Part shown: positions 42,988 through 59,498 of the stretch, one piece after another
How positions within the stretch are numbered: position 1 is the stretch's first letter
How the letters are laid out: every line of letters starts with the position of its first letter
Assembly: GCF_009914755.1 (NCBI RefSeq)
Contig: NC_060930.1
Reading direction: 5' to 3' (one strand)
From: the human T2T-CHM13v2.0 reference genome, Homo sapiens
DNA length: 64,000 nt
Notes under the pieces: generated by a model
What the model was told of the DNA's origin: nothing
The model's database searches: none
Seen by the model: only the letters and a program-made list of their open reading frames with translations
Translations under genes and position numbers: made by a program

Positions 42988-45900
42988 AAGCCTTTATCCT
43001 ATGATCTCATTAAAGACAGAGGTGCCCCCTAACTTGCCCTTTAACTTGCAGTCTTGATCCCTGCAACAAAGCTGAACTAAAGATGAAGTGCAATACCAAA
43101 CTGCTCCCTAACTTGTACCTTCTCCTGCTCCTATGCCACAGCTCTCTTCCATAAGTTCATTCTGAAGAGTCCTAGGCTGTTCTATGCAAATGACGAATCA
43201 TTTGCCAACCCTTAGATTTTCCGGCTTGCATCCGGATCAGTGTGTTGGCTGTAAACCAACCAACACAGATGATCAATATTACAGCACAAAGGAAGTAAAA
43301 AGCCTTTGTGATTATCCAGTAAGCTAGGGATCAGAAAAGAATGATTGCAAAATCCTAACGTACAGTAGAATAAGGAAATGTTTCCAGGTATTTGTCAGAA
43401 AAGGGCCAGCTTCCATCTGGACCATGACCTACAAACAACATTAATGCTCCTAACAGAACTATTTAAATAAGATTCCACTGTTTGTTCTCTGAAATCTCCT
43501 GGGACACAATGACTACCTAGAAGGTAATCAGACCTCGACCACAGGAGAGCCAAGGACTGCCATTCCAGCTTTCCTGCCATTCTCACTTCCTGGCAGGTGA
43601 ACTCTGCTCCCATTCCAGCCCCTGAAAGCCTAACCTAAGAAAAGAAAAAAAGAGAGAGGAATAGAAAAGAAAAAACTGTGAAAAGAAAGAAATGAAATAG
43701 AGGCAGAAAACAAAGAGGAGGGAGAAAGGAAACAATTACACTAGAGGTAGTTTCTGCTAGACCAACACTGAGCCAGGCCATCCCAGTTTTCACTCTCTTC
43801 TGGACACTCACCAACAATATACTTTAATTTTGTCAAAACTGCCTTTGGGTGAGGCATCCTGATTCCTGGGTAGAAATAACATGAAACCCGTGAAGTCAGA
43901 GACTCTTCTATAGTAGAGACCCAGAATGCAGTTCACTAATTTTGAAAGAATTTGTCAGAGCTGTAGGAGACCTGTGAGATCATGATTGCTGTTCCCATCT
44001 AAGAGTTAGATTCTGCCTATGATAACTGTCCATAAGGGCAACATTCCAACTAAATTTTCGCATTACTGTGTGCTACAATTAATTTTTTTAATCCAGTTAA
44101 TAAAGTGCTTTCACAGAGTATATCATTAACAAAAGTTAATCGATAAATACTCCAGAGCAATAGCCCCAACAACAGAGATATTATAACCCTCCTATCAGAA
44201 TACACAGAAATGGAATATGAGTATCTGGAAATGCAAACTTCAGCAAACATCACAGGAATTTTTTTAAGTGTTTGCATATAACATGTCAAAAACTAATGAA
44301 CTCTGATTCTACTAGCATTTACTCTCCTAAATTCTATCACTCAAAATAATATGAAACCATTAAAAACACCTAACATGTGAACTAAAATATACACACAAAT
44401 GTCTATGACAATCATAATAGGAGGTGCTAAGCTGGTTAACTAACAAGATCTCTTGAGGCTGGGATTTTCCTCACCCTAGACCCCCAGATGCATTCATCCC
44501 TGGAGTCCCTCGTACTCAATCAGTACTTGATGACTCTGAAAGAATCATCCAGGAATGATTCCAGATGGAATTTAAGTTCCATATCCAACTCAAGGCCAGT
44601 AACATTTGCTGAAAAGCAGTGAAGTCAATCAGTAACAAGTTAGTCAAAACAATGAAGAAAAGATAATGCAGGCAGTAATTACTTCTGAGTGGTGGGATTG
44701 CGGGTGTTGTTTTTTTTCCCCCTGAAACTTTATATCCTCCTATACTTCCAATTTTTCAATAGTGAACATTATTTTTACTATTCTGAATAAATGTTAAGGA
44801 AAAAAGTTTATGAAATATATATATTTCCATATATATGTCATATATATATATAAAATGTTTCAAGTCACTACTACGGTCCCCATAAATGAATGGTTCTCAA
44901 CCACAACACCTCACTTTTCAAACACCTCAGAATGTTTCTAAAAACAGCCAGCTCCAAGTTCTACCCTAAGCCCACTGAACTGCATAGAAGAGCCAAGAGT
45001 TATTCAACCTGCCCAAGTAATTCTATTACACCACCAACATCAGAACCATGCTTTATGGATGCTTCAACTACAAATGGCAAGTTTCTTATCTTTGGAGAGG
45101 ACTGAAATCAAAGGTCAGAACATCAACAAAAAAGCAAAGTATTCTTTTGGAACAAGCTCCATATCTAGAGAAACAGCTGATTCTAGTGAGAATTTCAGTA
45201 GTTCCTAGAGAGTGACTGTGGAAAAGGCAAGCACAGCAGGAGACACCTGAGATTGCACTGGATGCAGGGAGTGAGGTGCCAATTGTGGCTGGAACTATAG
45301 GAAGGAGCGGGCAGGCCAGAGCTGTTTCCCTGGGATTCCAGAACAGAAGGCTGTGCCACACAGAGGTCCCCTGGGTCACAATAGCAGCTGAATCTCAGTG
45401 GCCATGACAGCAAGGCAACAACGGGGCCAGCTCCCCAAGGTCCATGTAAGTGCAGCTGCCCAGGACTCCCCTTGCTGTCCAGACATAGGCTCTCCTACCT
45501 GCTTCCAACTTCAGTTCTGTGGCATTTCCAGGAAATATGGGTAGTTAACACATAACCATGCTCAATGAGAGCCAACCTGTGGCTGTGCGGCCCTTTCTCG
45601 GCACGTGGCCCAAGCCTGTGCTGGGTCTACGCAGTGAAGTACAAGGTAAAAAGAAGGCAAGCAGCTTCTTACACCTCCCTCCCAGTGCTGAACCTAGACA
45701 AAATGTACCCCTCTTAGCACCTTTAGGAACTTTTCCTAGAGAAACAAGAATGGCAGGCACCTATCTGAGTGTGCTTGGTTCCTCTTGGATATAAAGTGCA
45801 AGCCTGTGTCACCTTCTGTGTCACTCAGGATTAAACGTTTATGACATCCCACCACTGATCTAAAAGGATCCACTCACAGAGGAAAATGAAGACTGAAAAG

Positions 45901-46835
45901 CCAACACCAACACCACCCTTCTGTGCTTCTCAGCACTTCTGGGCCTTCACGTCCTCCTTTTCCTCCCCCACCTTTATAAGCACTCTCCTTTTCTTCAATA
46001 TACACTCCAAACCCTCTCCGTCCCACCTTAAGTGATCTGCCTTGAGCTGAGCCCGTTTTTTAAACAGGTAAAACTGCTTTTAAGAGAAAGAAACATTTCT
46101 CCCATGCAGAGTACAATTAAGAAAGCATCCCTTCCCCATCCCCAGGGCAGCCATGCCTCCTTCCACCTAAGCTTGGTGAGCTTTGGAACTGGTGGTAAGA
46201 ACTGATCCAAAGTGTGTGCTTTAACAAATCCTTCCAAAGAAAACTTGGAAATCAGCTATTTAAACTTGGAGTCCACTTCTCTGTAGGAAGGGCATTCATT
46301 TGAACACAAATTTAGTTCCTGCGCCATAATGTGCAGTGTTAAGAGTAACCCTGAACAATGCATTTGCTGCATGGAATAGCTTTCTCAGTACAACTGTGTA
46401 GTGCTGTAGAGCTCCCTTTTTGCCCCTGGAATTAGCCCCAATACCCCCCGTTGACAGCTTCAACAAGTGGGATCCAGGTATGACATCTGAGAAGTGAGTA
46501 AAATAAGGCTCCAGTCGACAATGGGGCAATGGAAGTGGCCAGGCAGCCAGGCTCTGGGCAGCAACCACACCAGAGGCTAGCTCCTGGAGGCAAACTCTAT
46601 GATTGATGTGATGAAGTGGGGAAAGGGAAGGGGAAGAAGACAGGAAAAGCAAGAGTCCCTGAAGCAAACTTCTAGTGGTGGGGGTCTCCCGTGGCTCCAC
46701 TTTTCCCCAGGGCTTCACTGCAGATGGGGTGAGAGAGGGCATCAGCCAATCACTGTCCAGAGGTAGGACACTGCCCGCATCCAGTCTGGTATACAAGAAA
46801 AACCAAAGTGATCCTCCAGGATAACAATGTTCTCA

Positions 46836-47215
<380 letters not shown>

Positions 47216-47626
47216 GTAAATTTGCCTGTGACACCCAGTGAGTACTGAGGTCAGGAATCAAACTCATGTTCATCTTTCTCTCCTCTCCCTTTACAGATTT
47301 ATCTTAATTCCAAGGCCAGAATTCAGGTACCAGAAATGGGTACTTTGCCCAGATCATCCCTGACAAAAATATTTGCCTATTAACACAATCTTACTACAAC
47401 TAAATAGAAAACAAAAACTGTTGACCTATAAGATAAATGAATCTTTCAAAGCATTATTTGGTTGCTCTACCTGAAGAATACTAAATTGTAACCCAGTCAT
47501 CCAGCATGAGACTCTACCTGTAAACCTCGAAGGCTTATTCCTGCCTAGAGCCCCAGGGAAGCAGCTTCCACCTCCACATTCCAAGCTGCCATGGAAACAA
47601 CAATGCTGCCTATTCCACTACAGGCT

Positions 47627-47749
47627 TTGCGAGACTCCTCTGAAGACCTCCCTCCAGAGTCCACAGTTGCGAGACTCCTCTGAAGACCCCTATCCAGAGT
47701 CCACAGTTGCGAGACTCCTCTGAAGACCCCTCTCCAGAGTCCACAGTTG
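47627..47749. repeat. 40-bp tandem repeat, 3 copies
   Basis: ttgcgagactcctctgaagacccctctccagagtccacag x3, near identical. Confidence 0.95.
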
Positions 47750-48909
47750 ACTTCCTCCTCAGAGTCCTACCACAGGATTAATTCCTGAAATCTTTCCCAA
47801 ATCCAAACGTTAAGCATTATCTACATCAGTCAATGTCCTACTAAAAGTTTCCATTACACATGCTATAAATTTTGACTGATGAAAACTAAAAATCTAGATG
47901 CTTTTATTAGCTACGTATATTTACATCTATTTTCTGAAACGTATATTTAAAGAGAAGAAAAACCACAGCCCATAAAGGTTAAGTGATCTCCATTCTTCAA
48001 AGACCTAAGCAGTAATCTCAGGTTTCCTGGATCCATCCCTAAGCCCTCCACTAACAGCGATGTCCTATATAGAGAATCTGCTAAGATTTCTAGTTGGGCT
48101 CCCAATTATTTCCCTGGCCTAGATAAAATACTTCCTTGTTTTTAGCAACTAAAATGAAATTTTCCATAGTAACAATCTGGCAATAGTATAAACTTTTGGT
48201 AACGCTTAAATAGGTTAAAACCTATATGTTCAAACAGTAAATATTAAAAGACAACTCAATGGAAAGAAAATACTACATAAATTTAAATAATTTGAACTTA
48301 CTAAATTAGTCAAAATAGCAAAATTGATAAGGGATAAAATTAAAAACCACCGTTGTCCATAAAAAAGCCAAAAGGAAAAAAAAAGGGACTTCAATACTTG
48401 GTCAACTCTTCCTATTTCTCCTTTTCAAGGTTTATATTTAAATGTAGAAAAGCAAAACTTTAACAAAAATCTACTATGTATTATTACTTCTCCTCAAAAA
48501 AAAACCCCAAAACCTTCCCATCCACCTTGAGAAATTCACTTAATGCATTTAGTATTCTCTTCCCCCCTCCCACCCCCCCCCCCCCCCGTTCCTTCCCCTA
48601 ATACCCAGGGTTGACCAACTCACAAAGCTAGCAGGATGCCTAAGTCAACATTATAAGGACAGGGGGACAAGAAAGAGTGCCTGGTCAAAACAACAAGATC
48701 TGTCACCACCCAGAAGGTCCCCAAAACTTGATTTCAGTTTCAAGTTCCCAAGTTAAACCTGAAACAACACAATGATGATTTGAATATTCCTTCCAAGCAC
48801 ACTCAGAGACTAGGGAGAGCTGCAGAAACAGAGCTGTAAGGATTCCCTGGGTATCTTGACTCCTAAGTTCTGCTAGTATATTCTTTGTGAGGTATGAAAA
48901 GTGCCCAAG

Positions 48910-49207
48910 GGCCAGGAACAGTGGCTCACACCTGTTATCCCAGCAGTTTAGGAGGCCTGAGGTGGGCGGATGGCTTGAGCTCACAAGTTTGAGATCAGAT
49001 TGGGCAACGTGGCAAAACCCCATCTCTACAAAAAGAAAAATACAAAAAGTAGCCAGATATGGTAGAACCCACCCAAAGTCGCAGGTACTCAGGGGGCTGA
49101 GGTGGGAGGATGGCTTGAGCCCAGGAGGCGGAGGTTGCAGTGAGCTGAGATGGCTCCACTGCTTTTCAGCCTGGGCAATAGAGCCAGACCTTGTCTCCAA
49201 AAAAAAA
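48910..49207 (+). mobile_element. AluJ-like SINE
   Basis: Diverged full dimer with A-tail. Confidence 0.88.
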
Positions 49208-50564
49208 GCCTAAGGAATTTGCTCAGCATGCCAAAGGAAGTGGTTAAAATGAAATCTGAAACAACCAACAAACGAATGCTTACCAAGCACCTTTTATGGT
49301 GCTCAATATCAAATGGGTACCAGGAAGAATGAAGTATTATAAAGTATAGTAACTCCAAATTCTTCCAGACAGCCCTGGTTTCCAACATTCAGTTCCACTC
49401 TAGATCATTTATATATGAGATAACGTGTGTCCTACCTTGGAGTCAAGAAAAAAAATGGTCACCACAGGTTTAAGACATGATCCCTATCCCCAAGAAGTTC
49501 ATATTTCGGTTCTGAGCAAATGAAATCAGATAAATGAAATTGTTTTTCATTTCAGAATCTGAACAAATGAAATTGGACAAATGAAATTTTTTTAATAGTA
49601 TTCAATAGGTGGTTCCCAAATGTACTGTATGGACTAATGCCAATCCATGACACATTTTTAACCCGTTCTTTAGCAAAATGAAAAAAATGGAAATGAGAAA
49701 AAGTAGTTCACATAGTCAAAAGTATATAATTTGGTGAGTGTTCTTTATTCTGGGAGCATGTTCTTCTTACATTTTGGTGTGTAAAACGGGTTTTTTTTTT
49801 TAAATACTGTGATAGCAGACAGCAATTTGTTACTCCTAAGATTCTTACTTTCAAAATAACCTAGCCACCATATATCAATCTCAGGTTTTTACCAGTCTAT
49901 GTAAAATCTAACACTCCATGAGCTACTGACATTCAGGATTTTTACTCATTCATTCTCCTAGACCCCAAAAGGGGGTACAACAAACACTTTATCCTCAATT
50001 CCTGATGCCCCTTTTGAAACATCAAACCATAACAATCTTTGTTTGTCAGCACTTATGGCCCATGAAATTTACTCACAACACTCTAATCAAAATCACAACC
50101 TCACTGGTGTGATCTACCACTCACATCCACTTTCATGTTTCTTAGAGGACTTCAAAACTGGTTTGTCATCTTACCGTCCACCATCATATATATCATCATT
50201 TTCTATCTTCGTTCAGGTAGGAAGCCACAAAAACCAATCTGCAGCTAATTGAATCAGAAATCTATGAAAGGTACAGTGCAGACTGAAGAAGATGACTGAG
50301 AGGCTTCATAATGAGGAACAGCACCCAAAATCACGCTGCGGAACAGCTCTCAGAGAACAGCACTGCAGTGACAGAGACGGCACCACTGCAGCACCAGCGC
50401 CGGTGCAGGACTGGATGCTCATGCACATCTCAGGCCTCCAGATGCCCGCGACCTTCTCCCCTTCAGCCTCTTCCATAACCACACTACTCCTTTCCTCCAT
50501 CGGCTTCTCCCCTGACTGCACAGAAGCCCATTTCCCCACCATGACGAAAAAAAACCTTTCCCAG

Positions 50565-50790
50565 ATCTAAGGCAAAGGGAAAAACATACAAGACAGAATG
50601 TAAATTTGTGCTGCCAGGGGCTGGGAAAGGAGGGGATGGGGAGTGACTGATGAATGGGTATGGGCTCTCCTTCCGGAGTGATCAAAAAGTGTTCTGGAAC
50701 TAGAGTGGTAAAGAAGGTACGACCTCGTAAATGTACTAAATGTCAGTAATGATAAATTGTATGTTACATGTTACCACCAAAACAACAAAA
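50565..50790 (+). mobile_element. L1M 3' UTR fragment
   Basis: tgccaggggctggg...gagtgactgatgaatgggtatggg...gttctggaactag...aatgtactaaatg. Confidence 0.7.
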
Positions 50791-51007
50791 ACATCTCTGG
50801 CCTCCCTCAGATTCCACGATATTACTCAGTACTTTTGTTCTCTCTCCTCTCCCCTCCCTCCCTAGCTTCCTTCTCTTCCAAGCCTGAAATGCAAACATTT
50901 TCCTCCTCCTCACTCTCATCCTTCTGTCTCCACATTCTCTCATTTGGAGATATCATCTATGATCAGTAGCAATTCCACTATCCACCCTAAGGAAGAGAGC
51001 TCTACAG

Positions 51008-51523
<516 letters not shown>

Positions 51524-51998
51524 CTCTAAAGTATGATACACTGCACATCTACATTCCCATTCCTTCTTATATGCAGTGTATTTCCTCCAGGATTTCTGAG
51601 GAAGTATGAACTCCAGATGTCATTCAATAAATATCTATTGAGAGCCCACCATATTTCAGACACTGCACTAGGGATACAGCAGTAAAATACAGTCTTGTCC
51701 TCATGGATTTACACAAACTGAATGTCATTGGTATCAACCATAAAAATAAAGACAACAAACAAAACAAAAACCCTTACTTCTCCTGACTTTCCCAATCCAA
51801 CAATCCAATCAGTAGCTAAGTCCTTTTATTCTCCTCTCAAACAGCTTTCTTATTCCTTCCTATCCATCATACCTGAGGCTTCACCAAGAACAAGCATTCC
51901 TTGTGTACAAAAAGCAGACTCTCTTAAATAAAATATGCAGATTTCTAGATATTTCAATGATAACATCAAAATTCATGAAAATCAAAACAAGATCCTAC

Positions 51999-52264
<266 letters not shown>

Positions 52265-52497
52265 ATCCTAGCAAACTTACAAGATTTGAAAAGACATAAA
52301 TTTTCTGACCTCGAGGGCAGGCCCTATTAGCATATGGTAGACACCAGAGAAACATTCTCAAAAATGATAGGAGTAATCTCTAAATGAAGGTATGAGAGTT
52401 TACATCAGGTACAATTTTAAAGCAAAAAAAGAGAAAGCATTGAAATTAATGCAAGAAGTTTACGGTCACTCAGTGAGTAAATTAAAAACAAGTGAGG

Positions 52498-52783
<286 letters not shown>

Positions 52784-53157
52784 CAAGTGATGATACGTGT
52801 ACACAAAGGTGCCACAGCCAACAGAGTTAGAATCATCCCCTTAGGGGTGATGGGGAAGCAGGCATATTCTTCTTCAGGGCTGGAAAAATGTCCTTCTGAG
52901 CTAGACTTCTTCAGGCCAACTGAGACTAATCTATCAGATTAAACTTACTAAACATTCCAACAAAATCAAACCTACTATACTTCCCATGCCTATACATACA
53001 GGGAAATATAAAATGCCTCCCCCAGGGACAATGCCTAATTCATTCCATACTAAGCACCCAAATCCAGGTCTTATCATTTTGTTCTTCAAGCAAAAAGAAA
53101 ACAAATGCAAAGCTGGAGCTCCCCATAGTCTGCATGGAGACATAAGAGGAAAACTGG

Positions 53158-53514
<357 letters not shown>

Positions 53515-53537
53515 TCAGGAACAAGGCAAACAAATGG

Positions 53538-54048
53538 TGTTGGGAGCCAGTTCTCTATGGGTCTCTCCAGTTTCTGCATGTCTTATGAGCAGATTGCACT
53601 GACAGCTTTTATTGGCTACTATCTTTCCTGTACAGGACATCTGTAGATAGCATTTTAAGATAGCAATAGTGTTTCTCTCTGGAGCAGATGGAAGATTTGT
53701 TTGCTATGCAGAATAATAAAAATAATGTCTCCCTCAAAGCAAAGGCTGGGCAGGATTATTAGTTCCCTTATAAAAAATTGGGGTTTCCCAATCTCAGATT
53801 TTCTCAACTGTGGTGCATACCCACTGCATGGGCAACATCCACCTAGACCCACCCAGCCACCGTGTTACCCACATGGTCTTTGAGGGGCAAGAAAATACTA
53901 TACAAACAGAGCTGTCACAAACATGAAGTTCATACTGCCTGCTGACCCAGGAGTGCTGTGTCTTCTGCCATCATCCGTGGAATTTTAAGAAGCTAACTTG
54001 TTAGCCTGCAAGTAAGGTAAAATCTCAGGCCTCCCACAATTCTTGACA
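53538..54048 (+). mobile_element. Solo LTR, LTR47-like (ERVL)
   Basis: TG...CA termini (tgttgggagccagttctc...ttcttgaca). TATAAAA at ~53769. 5-bp flanks aatgg/aacag. Confidence 0.7.
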
Positions 54049-55122
54049 AACAGGGTTTCTGCTGTCTTTCTCCTTGACTGGGTTTACTCCAACAAGCATA
54101 TATGCCACACTTGCATTTTGTCCTGCAGGTCTCTTGCAACAAAGCTTCCATTTTGAAGGATTCCACTGTAAACTACAATAAACACGTTTATCAATATTGA
54201 TCACCAAAAAATACTACTAGTGTCTGCATATACTTGCAAAATTCCAATTCATCATTTTTAAAGAACCGATGTAAAAATATAGTTCGAATAAAGCAATACT
54301 AAAAATCTAACTTTTGTGAAAAGTGATAGAAATACAGTACCATTCTAAGAAACATAGAAAAATCATGTTTTGATTTTAAAAGATTTCTAAAAGTGCCAAT
54401 TAGAGGCTTTTTCACTCAGCATTAAGGAACATATTTTTGTTAAACATGATCAAGCAATTCATTTCACATTACAATCAAACCAAATGCTCAAGCATAATAT
54501 ATATATAATACAACCAAGCTTTGGTGGTTCATTTTCCCAAGTGTAATTAGTCAGTATAAAGAAATACTTTCTATAAATCCCTAGTAAATACCTTTATTTT
54601 TTCACTCTTAAGTTTAAAAGAACTTAGTATGAAGATCTGAGAAAGGATTCCCCTAGAATCACATGTGGTAAATTGTTTAAAAGGCACAGTATGAACAGTC
54701 TGAAACAAATGAAGTAAATACCCTTCAGCCAAGAACGTCACTGCATATAAAATCATCTAACCTCAAGTCTATGTAACTCAATTCTACATAAGTAAATGCC
54801 AAAATAATATCCTGGAAAGCTGAGTCATTTCAATGAGTAAATTTATATAAACAATTGGGTTACTACTTATGGTAAGTCACAAGATTTTGGCAGGAAAATT
54901 GCTTACTAGCTTGCCAAAGACTAGGTTTGGCACATTGGTGCCCCACTGCCAAGAACATTACTGATAATCAGCTTTCTATCCTATAGGATTACCTTTCAGA
55001 CATGTTTTACTCACTCATTTCCTATGTATTAAGCTTATACAGGAATGGTTAATGCAACTGAGCACCTTACTTCTGGAAGTGTGAGATTCCCAAAATTCCT
55101 CAAGAAAGGAAGAAAAGCATGA

Positions 55123-55486
<364 letters not shown>

Positions 55487-55739
55487 TAATCAACAAATAA
55501 ATAAAGGAGAAAGAAAGGAGAAAACTGAAATATACTAAGAATAGCCTGGTTAACATCAATCATGAAACTAAAGGGAAAGTGTTAATTTTCATGCCTTCTA
55601 AGTAAGAGCTACAGAAAGTTCTGGGAGACAGGGAAGAAGACTGGCTAAAGGTACAGCACAGCAGCATGGCCACCTTTAGGACTTGCCCACTCTACAGCAG
55701 CCACCTCTGAGCACTTTTAAGTCATTTTTAAGACAAAGA

Positions 55740-55993
55740 GGCCAGGTGCAGTGGCTCACACCTGTATTATCAGCACTTGGGAGGCCAAGACCAGAGGATT
55801 GCTTGAGGCCAGGAGTTCAAGACTAGCCTGGTCAGCTGGTGAGATCCTGTCTCTACAAAAAAAAAAAAAAAATAGTAAAAAAATCAGTCAGGCTTGGTGG
55901 CAGCTACCAGGGAGGCTGAAGCAGGAGGATCACCTGAGCCCAGGAGTTCAAAGCTGCAGCGAGCTATGATTGCACCACTGCACTTCAAACTCC
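55740..55993 (+). mobile_element. AluJ-like SINE (internally deleted)
   Basis: ggccaggtgcagtggctcacacctgta...gattgcaccactgcact. Confidence 0.85.
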
Positions 55994-56680
55994 AGAGGAA
56001 CAAAATAATTCACTGTCTTCCCCCAGAAAACTGATTTTCCTTCCCAGTGGTTGCATTTCTGGCCATACTATTACCATCCAACCTGTCACCAAAATGCATT
56101 TGCATCCTTGATCTCATTATCCTCATACTTTTACTATTCTCATTCATCCTACATACCCCTAACTGCATTCCCAAGCACTTCTCCATCCTTCTCTCATTCC
56201 TTCCCACTGTGAGAACTTATTCATAATAAATAAGAACTATCACTTCATAAACACTACATGCCAGGAACAGTGATAGGCCTTATTATAATATAATCATCAT
56301 TTGTAATCCACACATCAATTTGTGATGTGGGCATAATTAACTCCATTTTTCTACCCAAGAAAAACCCAAGAATTTAAAACTCCTTCCTCTATCCTAATTT
56401 CCCTGATTTGAACTTTACAAACATGTACCAAAATATCACACATACCCCATAAATATGTACAATTATTATGTACCAGTTAAAAAAAAAATCGTTCCTCACC
56501 AAAAAGTCACTTCATTCATTTGATATGTCCTACAAAGATGGACAGCTCCAAGTTTTCACTCTATCCTTACAAATTCTGACAACATACAACTCATATGAAT
56601 TTCTTCTTAGTTTACAAACTTAATTTCAAATTCAGTAAAATTAATAGTTCATTGGTTTCATTTAAAAAAAAAACTATCCT

Positions 56681-56980
56681 GGCCGGGCACGGTGGCTCAC
56701 GCCTATAATCCCAGCACTTTGGGAGGCCAAGGTGGGCGGATGACTTGAGGCCAAGAGTTCAAGACCAGCCTGGCCAACATGGCAAAACCCCAACTCTACT
56801 AAAAATACAAAAATTAGTTGGGCGTGGTAGCGCACGCCTGTAATCCCAGCTACTCAGGAGGCTGAGGCACAAGAATCACTTGAACCCAGGACACGGATGT
56901 TGCAGTGAGTGAGATCATACCACCATTGCACTCCAGCCTAGGCAACAGAGTAAGATCTGTCTCAAAAAAAAAAAAAAAAA
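56681..56980 (+). mobile_element. AluS SINE
   Basis: Full dimer with poly(A). Confidence 0.93.
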
Positions 56981-57271
56981 ATCCAATTGGCTTTATGTCT
57001 AAAACTGAAATTACTGCACTGCTTAAATATAAAGATAATTGCATAATTTCTCTATTGTACACATAATAAGTCAGCATGTAATCCAAACATCACACTACTG
57101 TAGACTAGGAGCAGCCCTTAGATCCCTAAGAATAACCAGGTAACCCTTTCACTTGACAAGTTAAGAAAAACACTCAAAAAATGTAAGGCTATACAATTAA
57201 TTGGTATCAAAACCCAACCTCTGATTCCCAGTCCAGAGCTCTTTCAATTAATCACATGTAACAGTCTTTGA

Positions 57272-57632
<361 letters not shown>

Positions 57633-58109
57633 CAATAATGCCAAACCTTTTATCCCAGGACTGCAAATCCCAGCAAGGAAGATTTAGAATGGAAGTCACT
57701 GCCTACAATCCTCTTATATGAGAAGATAAGACCAGCTCCCAGATCTGCTTTGCACAGTCTTGAAAGACTCACTGGACATTAAATCTGTTGGCCTCCCAGT
57801 ACTTTATAGCCTTGTGGTTGATTCCAAATATTACAGAACTTTCTGCTTCTAGATAATAGATTCCCCATGCAAAGCAAGGCTAAATAGTAATACCTCCCAC
57901 ATTCAACTTCCTTTCCTAAAAGTCAAGAAATCTTTTATTATTCTGTTAACACTATGGAGGGAAGGTCCATTCCAGTAATGAGGCAAAGGCCACTACTATG
58001 TGCAGATTTATTTCCTATTTGATAAGAATTATTCTTCCAACCTGGCAGAAAAGATAAGTGACTTACCCAAAGCCAGTGCAGTTCAGAAAGAGCTAAGCAG
58101 TAATTCAAA

Positions 58110-58270
58110 CACCTGTAATCCCAGCTACTCAGGCAGCTAAGGCACGAGAATCATTTGAACCTGGAAGGTAGAGGTTGCAGTAAACCGAGGTCACGTCACT
58201 GCACTCCAGCCTGGACAACAGAATAAGACTGTCTCAAAAAAAAAAAAAAAAAAAGAAAAGAAAAAGAAAA
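58110..58270 (+). mobile_element. Alu right-arm fragment
   Basis: cacctgtaatcccagctactcagg...cactccagcctgg followed by an A-tail. Confidence 0.85.
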
Positions 58271-58499
58271 CCACCTCATAGAAGCTCTCTGTTGCTTCAA
58301 CAAATATACTTTGAACAAAATGTAATGCACTTTGAACGGTACCTGGCACAAACTAAATGCTCAGTACTTGTTAATTATTTTAATCTACCATAATTATAAC
58401 TATCACCATCATCATACCACTAGACTATCAATGTCATAAGGAAGATGGTAATTCAGTCTGTTGCATTTGCTGTTCAAAGTGCATTACTTGTAGAATTGG

Positions 58500-59086
58500 T
58501 AGAGAAAAGGGAAACAGATCAGAAAAATTTTTCAAATCTACAACCTGGTCATGTGATAGTGAAAGAAAACAGCATTTTTCAGTAAAGAAAGCCAATGGTG
58601 CTGGGGAGCAATCACCTGCTAAAGAGGTTGGCATGGATAAAAGGGAGCCAGGTGCTAATAGTCAGAACAATGGGAAAAGACCCTGAAGGCATCTCAGACA
58701 TCTTTGAGGCTGTCTCTCCCATCAGAGGCCCAGAGACCTAGGAGGACAGCATGGTTTGGGGAGACAGGCCCGGGGCACAGCTGGCCTGGCACACCTCAAG
58801 GAGTCCTGGAACGTCCTACATGCTGCTCCGACATCCTGGCTGCTGCAGTCACAGAATGTCTACCCAATGACCGTACAACCATTGTATCTTGGAAAAAAAT
58901 TATTCGTTTTTGGTTTTACAGGCTCATAGCTAGAAGGAACTTGCTTTGAGTCTCAGACTTTGAACCGTTAAGTTGGTGCTGGAACAAGTTAAGAATTTTA
59001 GGGACTATTGGAATTGTATTTTGCATGAGAAAGATGATTGTATTTTGCATGTGAGAAGGATGAGATCTGGGGGGTCAGGGATGGAA
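58500..59086 (+). mobile_element. MaLR internal (MST-int) fragment
   Basis: cagaggcccagagacctaggagga..., ttttggttttacaggctcatag..., purine-rich tract directly before the LTR. Confidence 0.7.
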
Positions 59087-59498
59087 TGCCATGGTTTGGA
59101 TCTTTGACCCCTCCAAATCTCACACTGAAATTTAATCCCCAAGGTTGGAGGTGGGAACTAATAGGAGGTGTTTTGGTCATGGAAGCAGATCCCTCATGAA
59201 TGCTTGGTGCCATCCTCACAGTAATGAGTGACTCCTCACTCTATTAGCTCCCGCTAGAGCCGGTTGTTAAAAAGAGCCTGGCACCCCACACCCCACCCCA
59301 CCTCTTGCTTCCTCTCTCACCATGTAATCTCTGCATACACTAGCTCCATGAGTGGAAGCCTAAAGCTTTCAGCAGAAGCAGATGCTGGTGCCATGCTTCT
59401 TGTACAGCCTTCAGAACCATGAACCAAATAAACCTCTTTTCTTTATAAATTACCCAGCCTCAGGTATTCCTTTATAGCAACACAAACAGATGAAGACA
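59087..59498 (+). mobile_element. MST-type (MSTB-like) MaLR 3' LTR
   Basis: tgccatggtttgga...aataaacctcttttctttataaattacccagcctcaggtattcctttatagcaaca...aagaca. Confidence 0.88.

Noticed and set aside
46296-46796. 166-aa minus-strand ORF in non-repetitive sequence
   Set aside because: No recognisable domain, no similarity to GMDS and no evident exon structure.
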